Shown here in pieces: positions 53,001-62,338 of a stretch of 64,000 nucleotides of DNA. The stretch comes from an uncultured bacterium. GTDB taxonomy: Bacteria > Actinomycetota > Acidimicrobiia > Spongiisociales > UBA5794. Numbering within the stretch: position 1 is the stretch's first letter; every line of letters begins with the position of its first letter. The stretch is from positions 256,001 to 320,000 of the forward strand of contig CAWDDT010000004.1 in the NCBI GenBank assembly GCA_963801165.1, in the 5' to 3' direction. A model generated the notes under the pieces. The model was not told the origin of the DNA, did not search any database, and worked only from the letters and a program-made list of their open reading frames with translations. Made by a program: the position numbers and the translations under genes.

Positions 53001-56000
53001 AATGGCGTTTGGTCGATGGCCAGTGGGACGAGGTCCCGGTGGAAATCGAACCGTGCACGGTCACCTCATCCGACCAGCCTGTCGATTGCGAGTTCTCCAC
53101 CGACATCGGCGGCACGTATCAGATCGTGGCAACGGTGACCGATGGCGCCGGGCGTTCCAGCAGGACCGAGTTGACGCGGTGGGTGAGCGGCGGGAAGCAG
53201 CGCCCCGAGCGCAATGTGACCCAGGAGGAAGTCACGTTGATCCCGGACAAGCAGGAGTACGCCCCCGGTGACCAAGCAGAGATCCTGGTCACCGCACCGT
53301 TCAGCCCCGCCCATGGCCTCCTGACCATCAGCCGCGGCGGTTTTGTGTCCACCGAGACCTTCACAATCGAAGATGGCAGCACTGTGCTGTCCATTCCCAT
53401 CGAGGACGACTACATCCCCAACGTGCACATCCAGGTCGATCTGGTGGGAGCTACCGGGCGCACCGACGACAACGGAGATCCCTTGCCGGATGCACCCGAC
53501 CGGCCCGCGTTCGCCGTTGGCAGCCTCGACCTCCAGATCCCGCCGTACAGCCGGACCCTCACCGTCGTTGCCGATCCGGCCGAGCCAACCACCGAACCCG
53601 GCAGCACCACGAGTATCGATGTCGCGGTGGCCGACGCAGTAGGCGCGCCGGTGGCCGGCGCCGAGCTGGCGGTGGTCGTGGTCGATGAGGCCGTGCTCGC
53701 CCTCAGCGACTACCAGTTGCCCGATCCGCTCGACATCTTCTACCGACCCATCGGCTCTGATATCTCGACCCGGTACTTGCGGTCCACCATCGAGCTGGCT
53801 AACCCGGACCTGCTGGCGCCCGGCAAGTCGGACTCGGCCACATCGACCACGGCGGCTGCCGAGACCACAGTGCCCGCCTCGGGTGGCGACGGGGGTTTCG
53901 CCCCGGTCACCGAGGCACTGGCCGATGGCAGCGACGCCCGGCTCGGCGCGTACAACGCCGACCTTGGGGGCTCGGCCGGAGCCGATGCCATCGACGTACG
54001 AACCAACTTCGATGCGCTTGCGCTCTTCGCCCCCGATGTCAGGACGGGAGCCGACGGCACGGCAACCGTCGAGCTGACCCTGCCCGACAGCCTTACCCGC
54101 TACCGGGTGATGGTGGTGGCGGTCGCCGGTGTCGACCAGTTCGGCTCCACCGAGTCCAACATCACGGCACGGCTGCCGCTGATGGCCAGGCCGTCTGCGC
54201 CCCGCTTCCTCAACTTCGGTGATCAGTTCGAGCTGCCAGTGGTCATCCAGAACCAGACAGACCAGGACCTCGAGGTCGATGCGGTGATCCAGACCACCAA
54301 CCTGACCTTGACCGCTGGAGCCGGGCGACGGGTAACCGTGCCGGCCAACGATCGGGTGGAGATCCGCTTCCCCGCCACGACCGACGACGTCGGCACCGCC
54401 CGCTTCCGTGTCGCCGCCGTTAGCGGCGATTACACCGACGCCGCCACGGTCTCGTTGCCCGTTTACACACCGGCCACAACCGAAGCCTTCGCCACCTACG
54501 GGGTGGTCGACGACGGCGTCATCGCCCAAACAGTGCTGGCACCCGAGGGCGTGTTTCCCCAGTTCGGCGGGCTCGAGGTGAACACCTCGTCGACCGCACT
54601 CCAAGCGCTCACCGACGCCGTCATCTACCTGAACGACTATCGGTACGAGAGCGCCGACGCTCTGGCTTCACGGATCCTGGCCATAGCCGCGCTTCGCGAT
54701 GTGCTCGAGGCGTTCCAGGCGGATGGTCTTCCCCCGGCGGCGGAGCTAGATGCTCGCGTCGCCGCCGACATCGACGATCTGCTCGGCCTCCAGACCGACC
54801 TGGGTGGCTTTGCGGTCTGGCAGCGGACCAACGAGACCAACCCCTATGACAGCATCCAGGCAACCCACGCCCTGGTGGAGGCCAAAGCCAACGGGTACGC
54901 AGTGCGGGCCGACCGTCTCGAACGAGCGCTGGGCTATCTGGCCAACATCGAGGAGTTCTATCCGTCCGACTACAGCCAGCAACTGCGGGACACGCTGAGC
55001 GCCTATGCCCTCTACGTCCGCAACCTGGCCGGTGACCGTGATGCGGCCAAAGCCGCCGAGCTATACCGTCGTGGCGGCGACGACCTCGGTCTCGACGCCG
55101 TCGCCTGGCTGTGGCCGGTGCTCGACGACCCGGCCGCCGACGCCGAGATCGAGCGGCTCTTCAACAACCGGGTCACCGAGACCGCCGGTGCGGCTACCTT
55201 CACCACCGACTACGGCGAGGACGCCTACCTGATGCTGTACTCGGACCTCCGCACGGACGGGATCATCCTGGATGCCTTGATCTCGGAGGCGCCGGACAGC
55301 GACCTGATCCCCAAGGTCGTCGCCGGGCTTCTCGGCAACCAGACCCGGGGGCGGTGGGACAACGTTCAGGAGAACTCGTTCATCCTGCTGGCGCTCAACA
55401 ACTACTTTGACACCTTCGAGACGGCCACCCCCGATTTCGTGGCGCGGATCTGGCTCGGCGATCTGTACGCCGCCGAGCACGAGTTTGCCGGCCGTTCCAC
55501 CGATCGCGACGAGACTCTGGTGCCGATGGCCGACCTGATCGACCAGGCGGCGGCGGGCGAAACGAGTCTGGTCATCAGCAAGGAAGGGGAAGGGCGTCTT
55601 TACTACCGGCTCGGTATCCGCTACGCCCCTGAGGACCTCGACCTCGATCCGCTCGACCGGGGCTTCGTGGTCCAGCGCACCTACGAAGCCGTCGACGATC
55701 CTGCCGACGTGACCCGCGACGCCGACGGGACGTGGCACATCAAGCCAGGTGCCGAGGTGCGGGTGCGGCTGACGATGGTGGCCGATAGCCGGAGAACGCA
55801 CGTGGCGCTGGTCGATCCGATGCCGGCCGGCTTCGAGTCTCTCAACCCGACGCTCGCGGTGACCGCCCCGATCCCGCCGGATGAGGAGTCGGGCGACCGA
55901 ACCTTCTGGTGGTGGCAGTGGTTCGAGCACCAGAACCTGCGCGACGACCGGGCCGAGGCATTCACCTCGCTGCTGAGCGCCGGCACCTACGAATACAGCT

Positions 56001-56122
56001 ACGTCGCCCGGGCCACAACACCCGGCACCTTCATCGTGCCCCCGACGAAGGCCGAAGAGATCTACGCACCGGAGACGTTCGGCCGGTCGGCCTCCGACGT
56101 GGTGATCGTCGAATCCAACTGA
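50012..56122 (+). CDS. Bacterial alpha-2-macroglobulin family protein with N-terminal Ig-like domains
   Basis: 2036 aa; N-terminal TM, FNQPM repeats, DRQMYRPGE, VVDEAVL, VRTNF, LPDSLTRYR, PRFLNFGD, DPMPAGFE, RATTPGTF..AEEIYAPETFGRS. Confidence 0.92.
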   Translation: MWMGANRRTAIIGGGVAVILAVILGAVVITSGDDTDPPDTTAHTGTTQGSANAALTLARPNEPLTVTLSAGTAQNLVAPQPITVLEGDPLDDATVAAILERLPEWLQPVGDRQDFNRPAQTLKPPLVGETVDVPFPVDTVEPVPAVPDGPLEVLRFQPDGAVDVAPFLSVTFNQPMVPLATVSQLDAADVPVTITPELPGRWQWIGTRTLRFEHDPTLFDRLPMATDYRVEIPAGTVSETGGALAGTVTWDFSTPSVQVESFQPQDESLPLEPVFLVTFNQRIDPAAVLETITLTAGGVPQPLRLATETEIAADEQIGQQVGSLLDGRWLAFRAVDAFAPDTQLTIQVGPGVPSAEGPRVATDSSRFTARTFAPLHINDWSCRNAYPCEPGWDELWIGLNNQLDTDAFDPSMVTVEPDLPGMTVQAQYDSITIRGATVGNTTYTATLSTNLKDVYGQTLEDDASVDFIIGDARPRLDQFEDQLITLDPLAPKPSLAVTTVNHEELRVRLFKVDVDDWASYVGYWDRRWDSEKPPPLPDWTEVVDTKVDTNAEPNQLTETTIDLSGALNGGTGHVIVLVEPTGPLADLSPNNDDYWSNRPTLVWAQATQIGADIFNDGDESLVWATDLRTGEPLAGVEAEFVGTATTVTTNSDGLARTTTPAGSSYEHPVVARLGNDSAIVESGWQQWSRTDESLWYVFDDRQMYRPGETARIKGWVRRLTTSDDAQLAAVTPGAKITYQATDWYGNEIATGTAEVNVLGGFDFDIDIPAGANLGQASINLTGAGGSYSQTIQIQEFRTPEFEVTTRPESAGPYIVGDPATVAVQADYYSGGPLPDAEVEWTVTTRQATYSPPNWDDYTFGIWIPWWYDTFGSGGDVFYESDVFFGEPGPAFDAGTVETFSGRTDANGTHYLHMDFAGDGEGLPTTVSAQATVFDVNRQAWSDGTDVLVHPAELYVGLRSDRTYVESGEPIVIDAIVTDIDGNAVADRPVAMEAGRLEWRLVDGQWDEVPVEIEPCTVTSSDQPVDCEFSTDIGGTYQIVATVTDGAGRSSRTELTRWVSGGKQRPERNVTQEEVTLIPDKQEYAPGDQAEILVTAPFSPAHGLLTISRGGFVSTETFTIEDGSTVLSIPIEDDYIPNVHIQVDLVGATGRTDDNGDPLPDAPDRPAFAVGSLDLQIPPYSRTLTVVADPAEPTTEPGSTTSIDVAVADAVGAPVAGAELAVVVVDEAVLALSDYQLPDPLDIFYRPIGSDISTRYLRSTIELANPDLLAPGKSDSATSTTAAAETTVPASGGDGGFAPVTEALADGSDARLGAYNADLGGSAGADAIDVRTNFDALALFAPDVRTGADGTATVELTLPDSLTRYRVMVVAVAGVDQFGSTESNITARLPLMARPSAPRFLNFGDQFELPVVIQNQTDQDLEVDAVIQTTNLTLTAGAGRRVTVPANDRVEIRFPATTDDVGTARFRVAAVSGDYTDAATVSLPVYTPATTEAFATYGVVDDGVIAQTVLAPEGVFPQFGGLEVNTSSTALQALTDAVIYLNDYRYESADALASRILAIAALRDVLEAFQADGLPPAAELDARVAADIDDLLGLQTDLGGFAVWQRTNETNPYDSIQATHALVEAKANGYAVRADRLERALGYLANIEEFYPSDYSQQLRDTLSAYALYVRNLAGDRDAAKAAELYRRGGDDLGLDAVAWLWPVLDDPAADAEIERLFNNRVTETAGAATFTTDYGEDAYLMLYSDLRTDGIILDALISEAPDSDLIPKVVAGLLGNQTRGRWDNVQENSFILLALNNYFDTFETATPDFVARIWLGDLYAAEHEFAGRSTDRDETLVPMADLIDQAAAGETSLVISKEGEGRLYYRLGIRYAPEDLDLDPLDRGFVVQRTYEAVDDPADVTRDADGTWHIKPGAEVRVRLTMVADSRRTHVALVDPMPAGFESLNPTLAVTAPIPPDEESGDRTFWWWQWFEHQNLRDDRAEAFTSLLSAGTYEYSYVARATTPGTFIVPPTKAEEIYAPETFGRSASDVVIVESN

Positions 56123-56162
56123 CGTGACGCGGCACGGGTTGACGTGACGCGGCACGGGTTGA
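56120..56162. repeat. 2 x 20-bp perfect tandem repeat TGACGTGACGCGGCACGGGT plus TGA
   Basis: First unit begins at the macroglobulin stop codon (56120-56122). Confidence 0.9.
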
Positions 56163-56210
56163 GGCGGTGGACGATAGGGAGCGACTTCGCCCCGGTGCGT
56201 TGACCGGTTC

Positions 56211-56669
56211 TCAGCCCGCTCCGACCGCTTCGAGGGCTGCGATGTCGAGCTTGGCCATCTGCAACATCGCCTGGACTGCGCCGGGGGCAGCCAGCAGCTC
56301 GGAGATATTGGCGGGGATGATCTGCCACGAGACGCCGAACTTGTCGACCAGCCACCCACATTGGGATTCATGACCGCCGCCGGCGATGAGAGCATCCCAC
56401 AGCCGGTCGATCTCGGCCTGATCGGCGCACTCGACCACCAGTGAGATCGCCTCGTTGAAGGTGTGGTGTGGTCCGCCGTTCAACGCGGTGAAGCTCGCTC
56501 CCTTCAGCGTGAACGACACGGTCATCACGGAGCCCGCCTCCAGGCCGGGCACGCCCTCGGAGGAGTGGCCGATCCCGGTGATCTCGGAGTCGGGGAACAA
56601 GGACGTGTAGAGCTTGGCGGCTTCCTCGGCCCGGTTGTCGAACCAGAGCATGGGGTATGGCGTGTTCAC
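56211..56669 (-). CDS. VOC / PhnB (3-dmu-9 3-MT) family protein
   Basis: LWFDNRAEEAA, ALNGGP, FNEAISL, QCGWLVDKFGVSWQI. Confidence 0.9.
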   Translation of the reverse strand: MNTPYPMLWFDNRAEEAAKLYTSLFPDSEITGIGHSSEGVPGLEAGSVMTVSFTLKGASFTALNGGPHHTFNEAISLVVECADQAEIDRLWDALIAGGGHESQCGWLVDKFGVSWQIIPANISELLAAPGAVQAMLQMAKLDIAALEAVGAG

Positions 56670-57151
56670 AGGGTCTTCTCCTTTAGTGTCTCGGCGAGGT
56701 TGTCGAGCTGCTGTTTCCAACCGGCGACCGACATCTCGGTCCAGTGGTCGTCGTGCATAGCGTCGAGGATGAGGGTGAGGCGGGTGCCGGCTCCGTGCGG
56801 CTCCAGCTCGAGCCGGGTGCCAACGTTGTACGTCTCGACACCGGGGACGAAATCGACGGCGTTCCGGTATGAGAGACGTCGGTAGGGCACCACCTCGGTG
56901 AAGTGCATGTCGTGGGTGGTTGTCGTCGGCATGCCTTGTGCCTCCATGAATGCCTTCATCTCCGCCGCCTCTGCGATCATCGAGTAGGTCATCTTCCCGC
57001 CGGGGCGCACGTCGAGATCGTGGACCTCGACCCCGAACCCCTCCGGTCCCCACCATGACTCGATGCCGTCGGCGGTCGTCCACAGCTCCCACACCTCGGC
57101 CGGGCTGGCGTCGTAGGTGCGCTCGATTCTCGCGGTGCGCCGCTCGCTCAT
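56666..57151 (-). CDS. SRPBCC / AHSA1 domain protein
   Basis: IERTYDASPAEVWELWT, WWGPEGF, DVRPGG, GWKQQLDNL. Confidence 0.9.
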   Translation of the reverse strand: MSERRTARIERTYDASPAEVWELWTTADGIESWWGPEGFGVEVHDLDVRPGGKMTYSMIAEAAEMKAFMEAQGMPTTTTHDMHFTEVVPYRRLSYRNAVDFVPGVETYNVGTRLELEPHGAGTRLTLILDAMHDDHWTEMSVAGWKQQLDNLAETLKEKTL

Positions 57152-57483
57152 GCCGTCTCCGTTCTTTGTCGTGTCTGCTGGCGCTGCCCCAGCTCTTTTC
57201 CCATCCGGTCGAGGCGGTCCTCCCACAGACGGCGGTAGTCGTCGATCCACCGATCGATTGCCTGGAACGGCTCGGGACGGAGCGAGTAGAGCCGCCGCTG
57301 CCCGTCGGCCCGAACCTGGACGAATCCGGCTTCGCCGAGGATGCGGAGGTGTCGGGAGACACCGCTCTGGGCGATGTCGACCTTGTCGACGAGATCCCCC
57401 ACTGCCTGTTCTCCGGATCGCAGCTCGTCGACGATCCGGCGGCGGGTCGGGTCTCCGAGTACCTCGAACAATTCAGAATCCAT
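57148..57483 (-). CDS. ArsR/SmtB family regulator
   Basis: LGDPTRRRI, QSGVSRHLRIL, GQRRLYSL. Confidence 0.92.
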   Translation of the reverse strand: MDSELFEVLGDPTRRRIVDELRSGEQAVGDLVDKVDIAQSGVSRHLRILGEAGFVQVRADGQRRLYSLRPEPFQAIDRWIDDYRRLWEDRLDRMGKELGQRQQTRQRTETA

Positions 57484-57488
57484 AGCTA

Positions 57489-57520
57489 TGTATATACACG
57501 ATCATAGATAGAGATGTCAA
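57489..57520 (-). promoter_or_regulatory. Promoter and palindromic operator of the arsR-SRPBCC-VOC operon
   Basis: TTGACA-N18-TATATA, overlapped by palindrome TGTATATACA; ATG 7 nt downstream. Confidence 0.6.
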
Positions 57521-57687
57521 GGGTTTCCTATTCAGATTTGTGATCGACCAGCCATTGCCCTGAGTCCTGCACCAGCAGCGTGTCGCACGCTCCCAGCCCG
57601 ATGAATGTCCTCGACGGTGACTCCCAGCTGGTTGGCCCATATGCGTGTGAAGCGCATACGATGCGGGCAGGCAACCAGGGAGAGGTA

Positions 57688-58200
57688 GTGGAGACGAGAG
57701 ACATCCTCGTTGATGCGTACGGTCGGATCCTCGAAGGGGTGCGCCGAGTCACCCACGGTCTCGACGAGGCGGCGTTGACCTACCGGCCGGATGCAAACGC
57801 CAACTCGATCGGGTGGCTGGTGTGGCACGTCCTGCGGGTGCAGGACCACCACGTTTCCGATGTTGCCCAAAGGGGCCAGGCGTGGATCGACGAGGGGTGG
57901 TCGGAGCGTTTCGGCATGGCGGCCGAACCCAACAACGTCGGTTACGGGCACACCACCGACCAGGTTGCCAGGGTGCGCATCTCGGACCCGCAGATCCTTT
58001 GCGACTATGCCGACGTGGTGCACGCCAGGACGCTCGAATACATCGACACCGCCGATGCCGCAGAGCTGAGCCGCATTGTCGACACCCGCTGGGATCCCCC
58101 GGTGACCGCAGGGGTGCGTCTGGTGAGCGTCATCGGCGACGACATGCAACACCTCGGCCAGGCTGCCTATGTGCGGGGCCTCTACGAGCGGCTGGGCTGA
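57688..58200 (+). CDS. DinB-like (mycothiol transferase type) protein
   Basis: ANSIGWLVWH..QDHH, WDPPVT.GVRLVSV, QHLGQAAY. Confidence 0.88.
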   Translation: METRDILVDAYGRILEGVRRVTHGLDEAALTYRPDANANSIGWLVWHVLRVQDHHVSDVAQRGQAWIDEGWSERFGMAAEPNNVGYGHTTDQVARVRISDPQILCDYADVVHARTLEYIDTADAAELSRIVDTRWDPPVTAGVRLVSVIGDDMQHLGQAAYVRGLYERLG

Positions 58201-58206
58201 GGCGGT

Positions 58207-58983
58207 CTACAAATCCCGCTTGCGCAGCAGGATGGCGGCGGCGACCGCGGCGGCGATGCCGGCGACGGTGGCGCCCGACCACCACGGGTTCGGTCGGGGC
58301 ATCCGGGTGCGCAGCGACACCTGACGCTCGAACTCGAGCATCGGCCAGTCGCGCTCCTCAGCCAGCTTGCGCAGCTCTTTGTCGGGGTTGACGGCCACCG
58401 GGTTGCCCACCAGCTCCATCATGGGAATGTCGGTGGCGCTGTCGGAGTAGGCATACGACTTGTCGAGGTCGATATTCTCTCTGGCGGCCAGCTCCTTGAT
58501 GGCCTTGACCTTGCCCTCGCCCATCGCATACAGCTCGATCTCCGGGAGGAAGAACCCGGCCGCATCGGTCTTGACCCGGGTTGCGATGAAGTCGGTGACC
58601 CCGATGTGCCGCCCCAACGGTCGTACGATCTGCTCGGGGCTGGCCGATACGATCACGACCTTGCGACCTTCGCGTTTGTGCTGGTCGATGAGTGTCAGCG
58701 CCTCGGCGTAAACGATCGGGTCGGCGACCTCCTCGAGCGTCTCTTCGACGAGCTGCTCGATTTCGGCCCGGTGCCATCCTGAGGTGAGGACCAGCAACTG
58801 GTCGCGGGCTCGCTCCAACTGATCCTCATCTGCGCCAAAGAGCACGTAGAAGAGCTGGGCAAAGCCCATCTTCATCAGCGCCCGTTTGCCCACGAACCCG
58901 GCCTTGTAGAACGGTTTGCCAAAGGCGAGTGTCGAGGACTTGGCGATGACGGTTTTGTCGAGGTCGAAGAATGCTGCCTCCAT
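58207..58983 (-). CDS. HAD-IB family hydrolase (Rv3661-like)
   Basis: AAFFDLDKTVIAKSS, VSAS, AYSDSATD, VNPD; usual divergent neighbour of actinobacterial tad loci. Confidence 0.9.
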   Translation of the reverse strand: MEAAFFDLDKTVIAKSSTLAFGKPFYKAGFVGKRALMKMGFAQLFYVLFGADEDQLERARDQLLVLTSGWHRAEIEQLVEETLEEVADPIVYAEALTLIDQHKREGRKVVIVSASPEQIVRPLGRHIGVTDFIATRVKTDAAGFFLPEIELYAMGEGKVKAIKELAARENIDLDKSYAYSDSATDIPMMELVGNPVAVNPDKELRKLAEERDWPMLEFERQVSLRTRMPRPNPWWSGATVAGIAAAVAAAILLRKRDL

Positions 58984-59077
58984 ACCCAGATACTACGGCC
59001 GGTCGGTGGTAACGATTGAGCACTGTCTCGCCGGAACGCTCAGGAGTATTGTGGAAGAACCCGACGAAAGAGTAGCA

Positions 59078-59427
59078 ATGGAGGTATCCGGACGGGAGCT
59101 GGTGGATCGGTTTGGCAAGCTGATGGCCGATGGTGACGTGGAGTCTCTCGCCTACTTGTATGCCCCCGACGCCAAGGTGGTTCGTTTCCAAGGCATGGCC
59201 TCGGGACGCGACGAAATCAAGCAGTTGCTGGCCGCTTCCGCGAGGGGCACGGGCGCTACGACGTCGTGTCGATCGACCAGTTTCAGCACGTAGGCGACGT
59301 TCTCATGTGGGACGCAACGGTGGAAACCAGGCTCGGACCTCTGCAGACGACACACGTTGTCTTCCTCAACGACGAAGGGCTGATCCTCCGCCATGTCCCG
59401 GGTATCCGGGGCTACTGGGGGATGTAG
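59078..59427 (+). CDS. SnoaL/NTF2-like protein, frameshifted near 59240
   Basis: GDVESLAYLYAPDA..GRDEIK continues in another frame as GRYDVVSIDQ..FLNDEGLILRH..-stop. Confidence 0.65.
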
Positions 59428-59529
59428 CTTCCAGCCATCGTCGTCAGCAGAACGACCCTCTTGTATCGGGTGCTGATCGCGCGTACGTTCGGTGGTGCTT
59501 CCCCCGCGTTTCGAGAAGAAGGGGAAGCG

Positions 59530-60075
59530 ATGACGACGCTGGCGATCAGCTGTGTCACCGAAGGTGTTGTGGGCATCGTCGCTCCGCTGGCGTTGGCGGC
59601 GGCGGCGGGGACGGCGCTCGTTGTCGATCTCGATCCGCTTGGTCCGGCGTATCCCGGGTCGGGGTCGCTGGCGGAGTTGGTGGAGCAGGGTCCCCGGCTC
59701 GACGATCTTCGGCCACCACGCAAAGGTATTGCGGTGTTGCGCAACGGCGGCGTCGATGCTGCCGCTGCTCGTGAAGTGCTCGCCGCGTTGGGAAAGGGCT
59801 GGCCGCGGCTCGTTCTCCGTCTGCCCCCGGCAGCCGATCTCGGCGACGGCCCGGCGATTCCGGTGGTGCCGCTGCTCCCAGGCGGGATGACCCCTCCCTG
59901 TGACCGGCCGGCCGTCTACCAGCAGGTTGGCTGGCACGTGAAGCCACCAGGGCCGGGCATCACGATGATTACCCCGGCCCGGGCCACCGTCACCGCGCTG
60001 CTCGAGGGAAGGCTCCCAGGGCGGAGCCGGTGGCTGCGTTCCTGGGCACAAGTGTGGGAGATGTCATGGGTGTAG
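59530..60075 (+). CDS. Reduced Ssd/CpaE-like protein
   Basis: ALVVDLDPLG and SLAELV motifs of MinD/CpaE family; directly upstream of tadA; no Walker A. Confidence 0.6.
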   Translation: MTTLAISCVTEGVVGIVAPLALAAAAGTALVVDLDPLGPAYPGSGSLAELVEQGPRLDDLRPPRKGIAVLRNGGVDAAAAREVLAALGKGWPRLVLRLPPAADLGDGPAIPVVPLLPGGMTPPCDRPAVYQQVGWHVKPPGPGITMITPARATVTALLEGRLPGRSRWLRSWAQVWEMSWV

Positions 60076-61115
60076 TGGATCGGTTGGCCCGTCGTGTCGT
60101 CGCGGACCACGTGACGCTCGACCGTGACGCAGTTGCCGCCCACGTCGCCAGGCTGCTGCCCGCTGAGGCGCCACTGCTCGACGTCACCGAGACGGTCTCG
60201 ATCGTCGATGCGGTGCTCGGGCTCGGCCCGCTGGAACGCCTGTTGCGTGACCCGGCTGTGAGCGACGTTCTGGTCAACGGTGACGGGTCTGTGTGGGCGG
60301 AGCGGAACGGGGCGCTGCAACCGACCGAAATGGCCTTCGCCGGGCCGGGTGAGCTGACGGCCGCCATCGAGCGGATCATCGCACCGCTCGGTCTCCGGCT
60401 CGACCCCTCCAGCCCGGCGGTCGACGCCCGGCTGCCCGACGGCTCCCGGCTTCATGCCATCGTGCCGCCCGCGTCACCCGACGGGCCGGTACTTGCGATC
60501 CGGCGATTCAGCGAAACGATCCGCACCCTGGAGGAGCTGGTGGCGGCAGGCGGGGTCAATGAAGATGGCGCCGCCCTCCTGCGTGACCTCATCGCAACGC
60601 GTGCCAACCTCATCGTGTGTGGCCCGACCGGTGCTGGTAAGACGACGCTGCTCAACGTTCTCCTCCACGAGCTGCCAGCGGGGGAGCGGGTGGTGACGGT
60701 CGAGGACGCCGCGGAACTGCAACCCCGAGGCCACGTGGTCCGGCTCGAAGGCAGACCAGCCAACAGCGAAGGCGTCGGCGCCATCACCCAGCGGCAACTA
60801 CTCCGCCATGCCCTCCGCCTCCGCCCCGACCGAATTGTCGTCGGTGAGGTCAGGGGAGCGGAGGCCTTCGACATGCTCCAGGCGCTCTCCACCGGCCACG
60901 ACGGCTCGATGTCGACCATCCATGCCAGCTCCGTCGCCGAGGCCTTGTGGCGGCTGGAGACCCTGGCGCTGCTCGAGGTGACCGCAACGGCCGAGAGCAT
61001 CCACCGCCAGGTCGAGCGGGCGGTCGACGCCGTCGTCGTCATGGGTCGTGACAACGGGGTGCGGCTCGTTTGCGCCATTCAGAGCGCCGGCGAGGAGGTA
61101 TACCGGTGCTGCTGA
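60066..61115 (+). CDS. tadA: TadA/CpaF pilus assembly ATPase
   Basis: DVLVNG, DARLPDGSR, GPTGAGKTT, VEDAAEL, LRLRPDRIVVGEVRG, TGHDGSMSTIHA. Confidence 0.94.
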   Translation: MGVVDRLARRVVADHVTLDRDAVAAHVARLLPAEAPLLDVTETVSIVDAVLGLGPLERLLRDPAVSDVLVNGDGSVWAERNGALQPTEMAFAGPGELTAAIERIIAPLGLRLDPSSPAVDARLPDGSRLHAIVPPASPDGPVLAIRRFSETIRTLEELVAAGGVNEDGAALLRDLIATRANLIVCGPTGAGKTTLLNVLLHELPAGERVVTVEDAAELQPRGHVVRLEGRPANSEGVGAITQRQLLRHALRLRPDRIVVGEVRGAEAFDMLQALSTGHDGSMSTIHASSVAEALWRLETLALLEVTATAESIHRQVERAVDAVVVMGRDNGVRLVCAIQSAGEEVYRCC

Positions 61116-61657
61116 CCACCATCGCAGTCGTCGCGATTCTGCTCTGGCCGGAACGATGGCCCCGTCACCATCCCGTTCGCGATCGAGACGAGCAGCAACT
61201 GTCGGCTGCGATCCATTCCGAGCTCGCCGCCGGCGCATCGCTGCGTCACGCGATCGGCGCAGCATGCTCGCTCCGCCCGGAACTCGGGACCGCACGCATC
61301 CTGGCGCTGGCCGGAGCACCCATCGGGTCTGTGGCTGCCGCCCTCGGCGCCGGAGAGCGGCTCGGCGCGGCGATCACGGTGGCGGCGGCATCGGGTGGGA
61401 GTGCCGGCGCGGTTTTCCAGCGTCTCGCCGATCGAGCCGCCGCCGATGCCGATCTCGCCAGGGAGCAACGGGTACTCACCACCCAGGCCCGCATGTCGGC
61501 GGGGATCGTGGCCGGGATGCCGGTGCTGTGGATGATGTTGGGAGGCGTCGGGCGGATCGCCTCGTTGTTCACCGCCGAAGCGGGTGCGGTTGCTGTGGCC
61601 GGCATCGCCATGGAGGTGGTGGGAGTGGGGCTGGTATGGAGGATGGCGACCGCATGA
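61106..61657 (+). CDS. tadB: TadB-like type II secretion F-family protein
   Basis: ELAAGASLRHA, TQARMSA, C-terminal TMs; follows tadA. Confidence 0.75.
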   Translation: MLLTTIAVVAILLWPERWPRHHPVRDRDEQQLSAAIHSELAAGASLRHAIGAACSLRPELGTARILALAGAPIGSVAAALGAGERLGAAITVAAASGGSAGAVFQRLADRAAADADLAREQRVLTTQARMSAGIVAGMPVLWMMLGGVGRIASLFTAEAGAVAVAGIAMEVVGVGLVWRMATA

Positions 61658-62268
61658 CCGTCTCGATCCTCGTCGCGTTGCTGTTGGCGGGGACACCGCT
61701 GCGCCCGATGCTTGTGCTGCTCGCCGGTGTCGCCGGCGCTGCCGCCGTGGCGGCCCCGGTCCTGCTCATCCCCGGCGGTATGGCGGGTGGTATCTACGTG
61801 CTGCTGCGCCGGTTGCGGGCTCGGACCACCGAACGGGAGCAGCGCCGTGAGGATGCGGCGCTGCTCGCCGATCTCACCGCGCTGGCGCTCACGGGTGGTC
61901 TGGGGATCCGGCCTGCGCTCGAGATCGCGGCCGGCGCCGTCGGCGGACCGGTCGCCGACGAGGTCGACAGACTGCTTCGGCATGCCCGTGTGGACGGCAT
62001 GGCTGTAGCGATGACCGGGGCGGGCGGGGCGGGCAGAGAGCTGTACCGGGTGATCGGTCGGGCGATCAGCACCGGATCGGCGCTGGTCGACCAGGTAACC
62101 CGGGTCGCCGACGAGCTGCACGCCGACACCGCGGCGCAGAAGTTGGAGAAGGTCCGGCGGGTCCCGGTGGCGATGCTGTTCCCGCTGACGTTGCTGATTC
62201 TCCCCGGCTTCCTGCTGCTGACGATCGCCCCGGCGCTGCTCGACGCGTTCATGCACCTCGAGTTGTAG
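61654..62268 (+). CDS. tadC: TadC-like type II secretion F-family protein
   Basis: PVAMLFPLTLLILPGFLLLTIAP C-terminal motif. Confidence 0.8.
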   Translation: MTVSILVALLLAGTPLRPMLVLLAGVAGAAAVAAPVLLIPGGMAGGIYVLLRRLRARTTEREQRREDAALLADLTALALTGGLGIRPALEIAAGAVGGPVADEVDRLLRHARVDGMAVAMTGAGGAGRELYRVIGRAISTGSALVDQVTRVADELHADTAAQKLEKVRRVPVAMLFPLTLLILPGFLLLTIAPALLDAFMHLEL

Positions 62269-62338
62269 GGGTGAGTTGTAGGGGTGAGTTGTAGGGGTGA
62301 TATGTAGGGGTGACTTGTAGGGGGTGAGTTGCAGGGGT
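62260..62338. repeat. 6 x 13-bp G-rich tandem repeat GAGTTGTAGGGGT
   Basis: Units at 62260, 62273, 62286 (perfect) and 62299, 62312, 62326 (variant); the first contains the tadC stop TAG. Confidence 0.95.

Noticed and set aside
56670-57362. N-terminal extension making the VOC protein 383 aa
   Set aside because: Off-frame overlap with the ArsR and SRPBCC genes; VOC starts at GTG 56669 after a GGAG RBS
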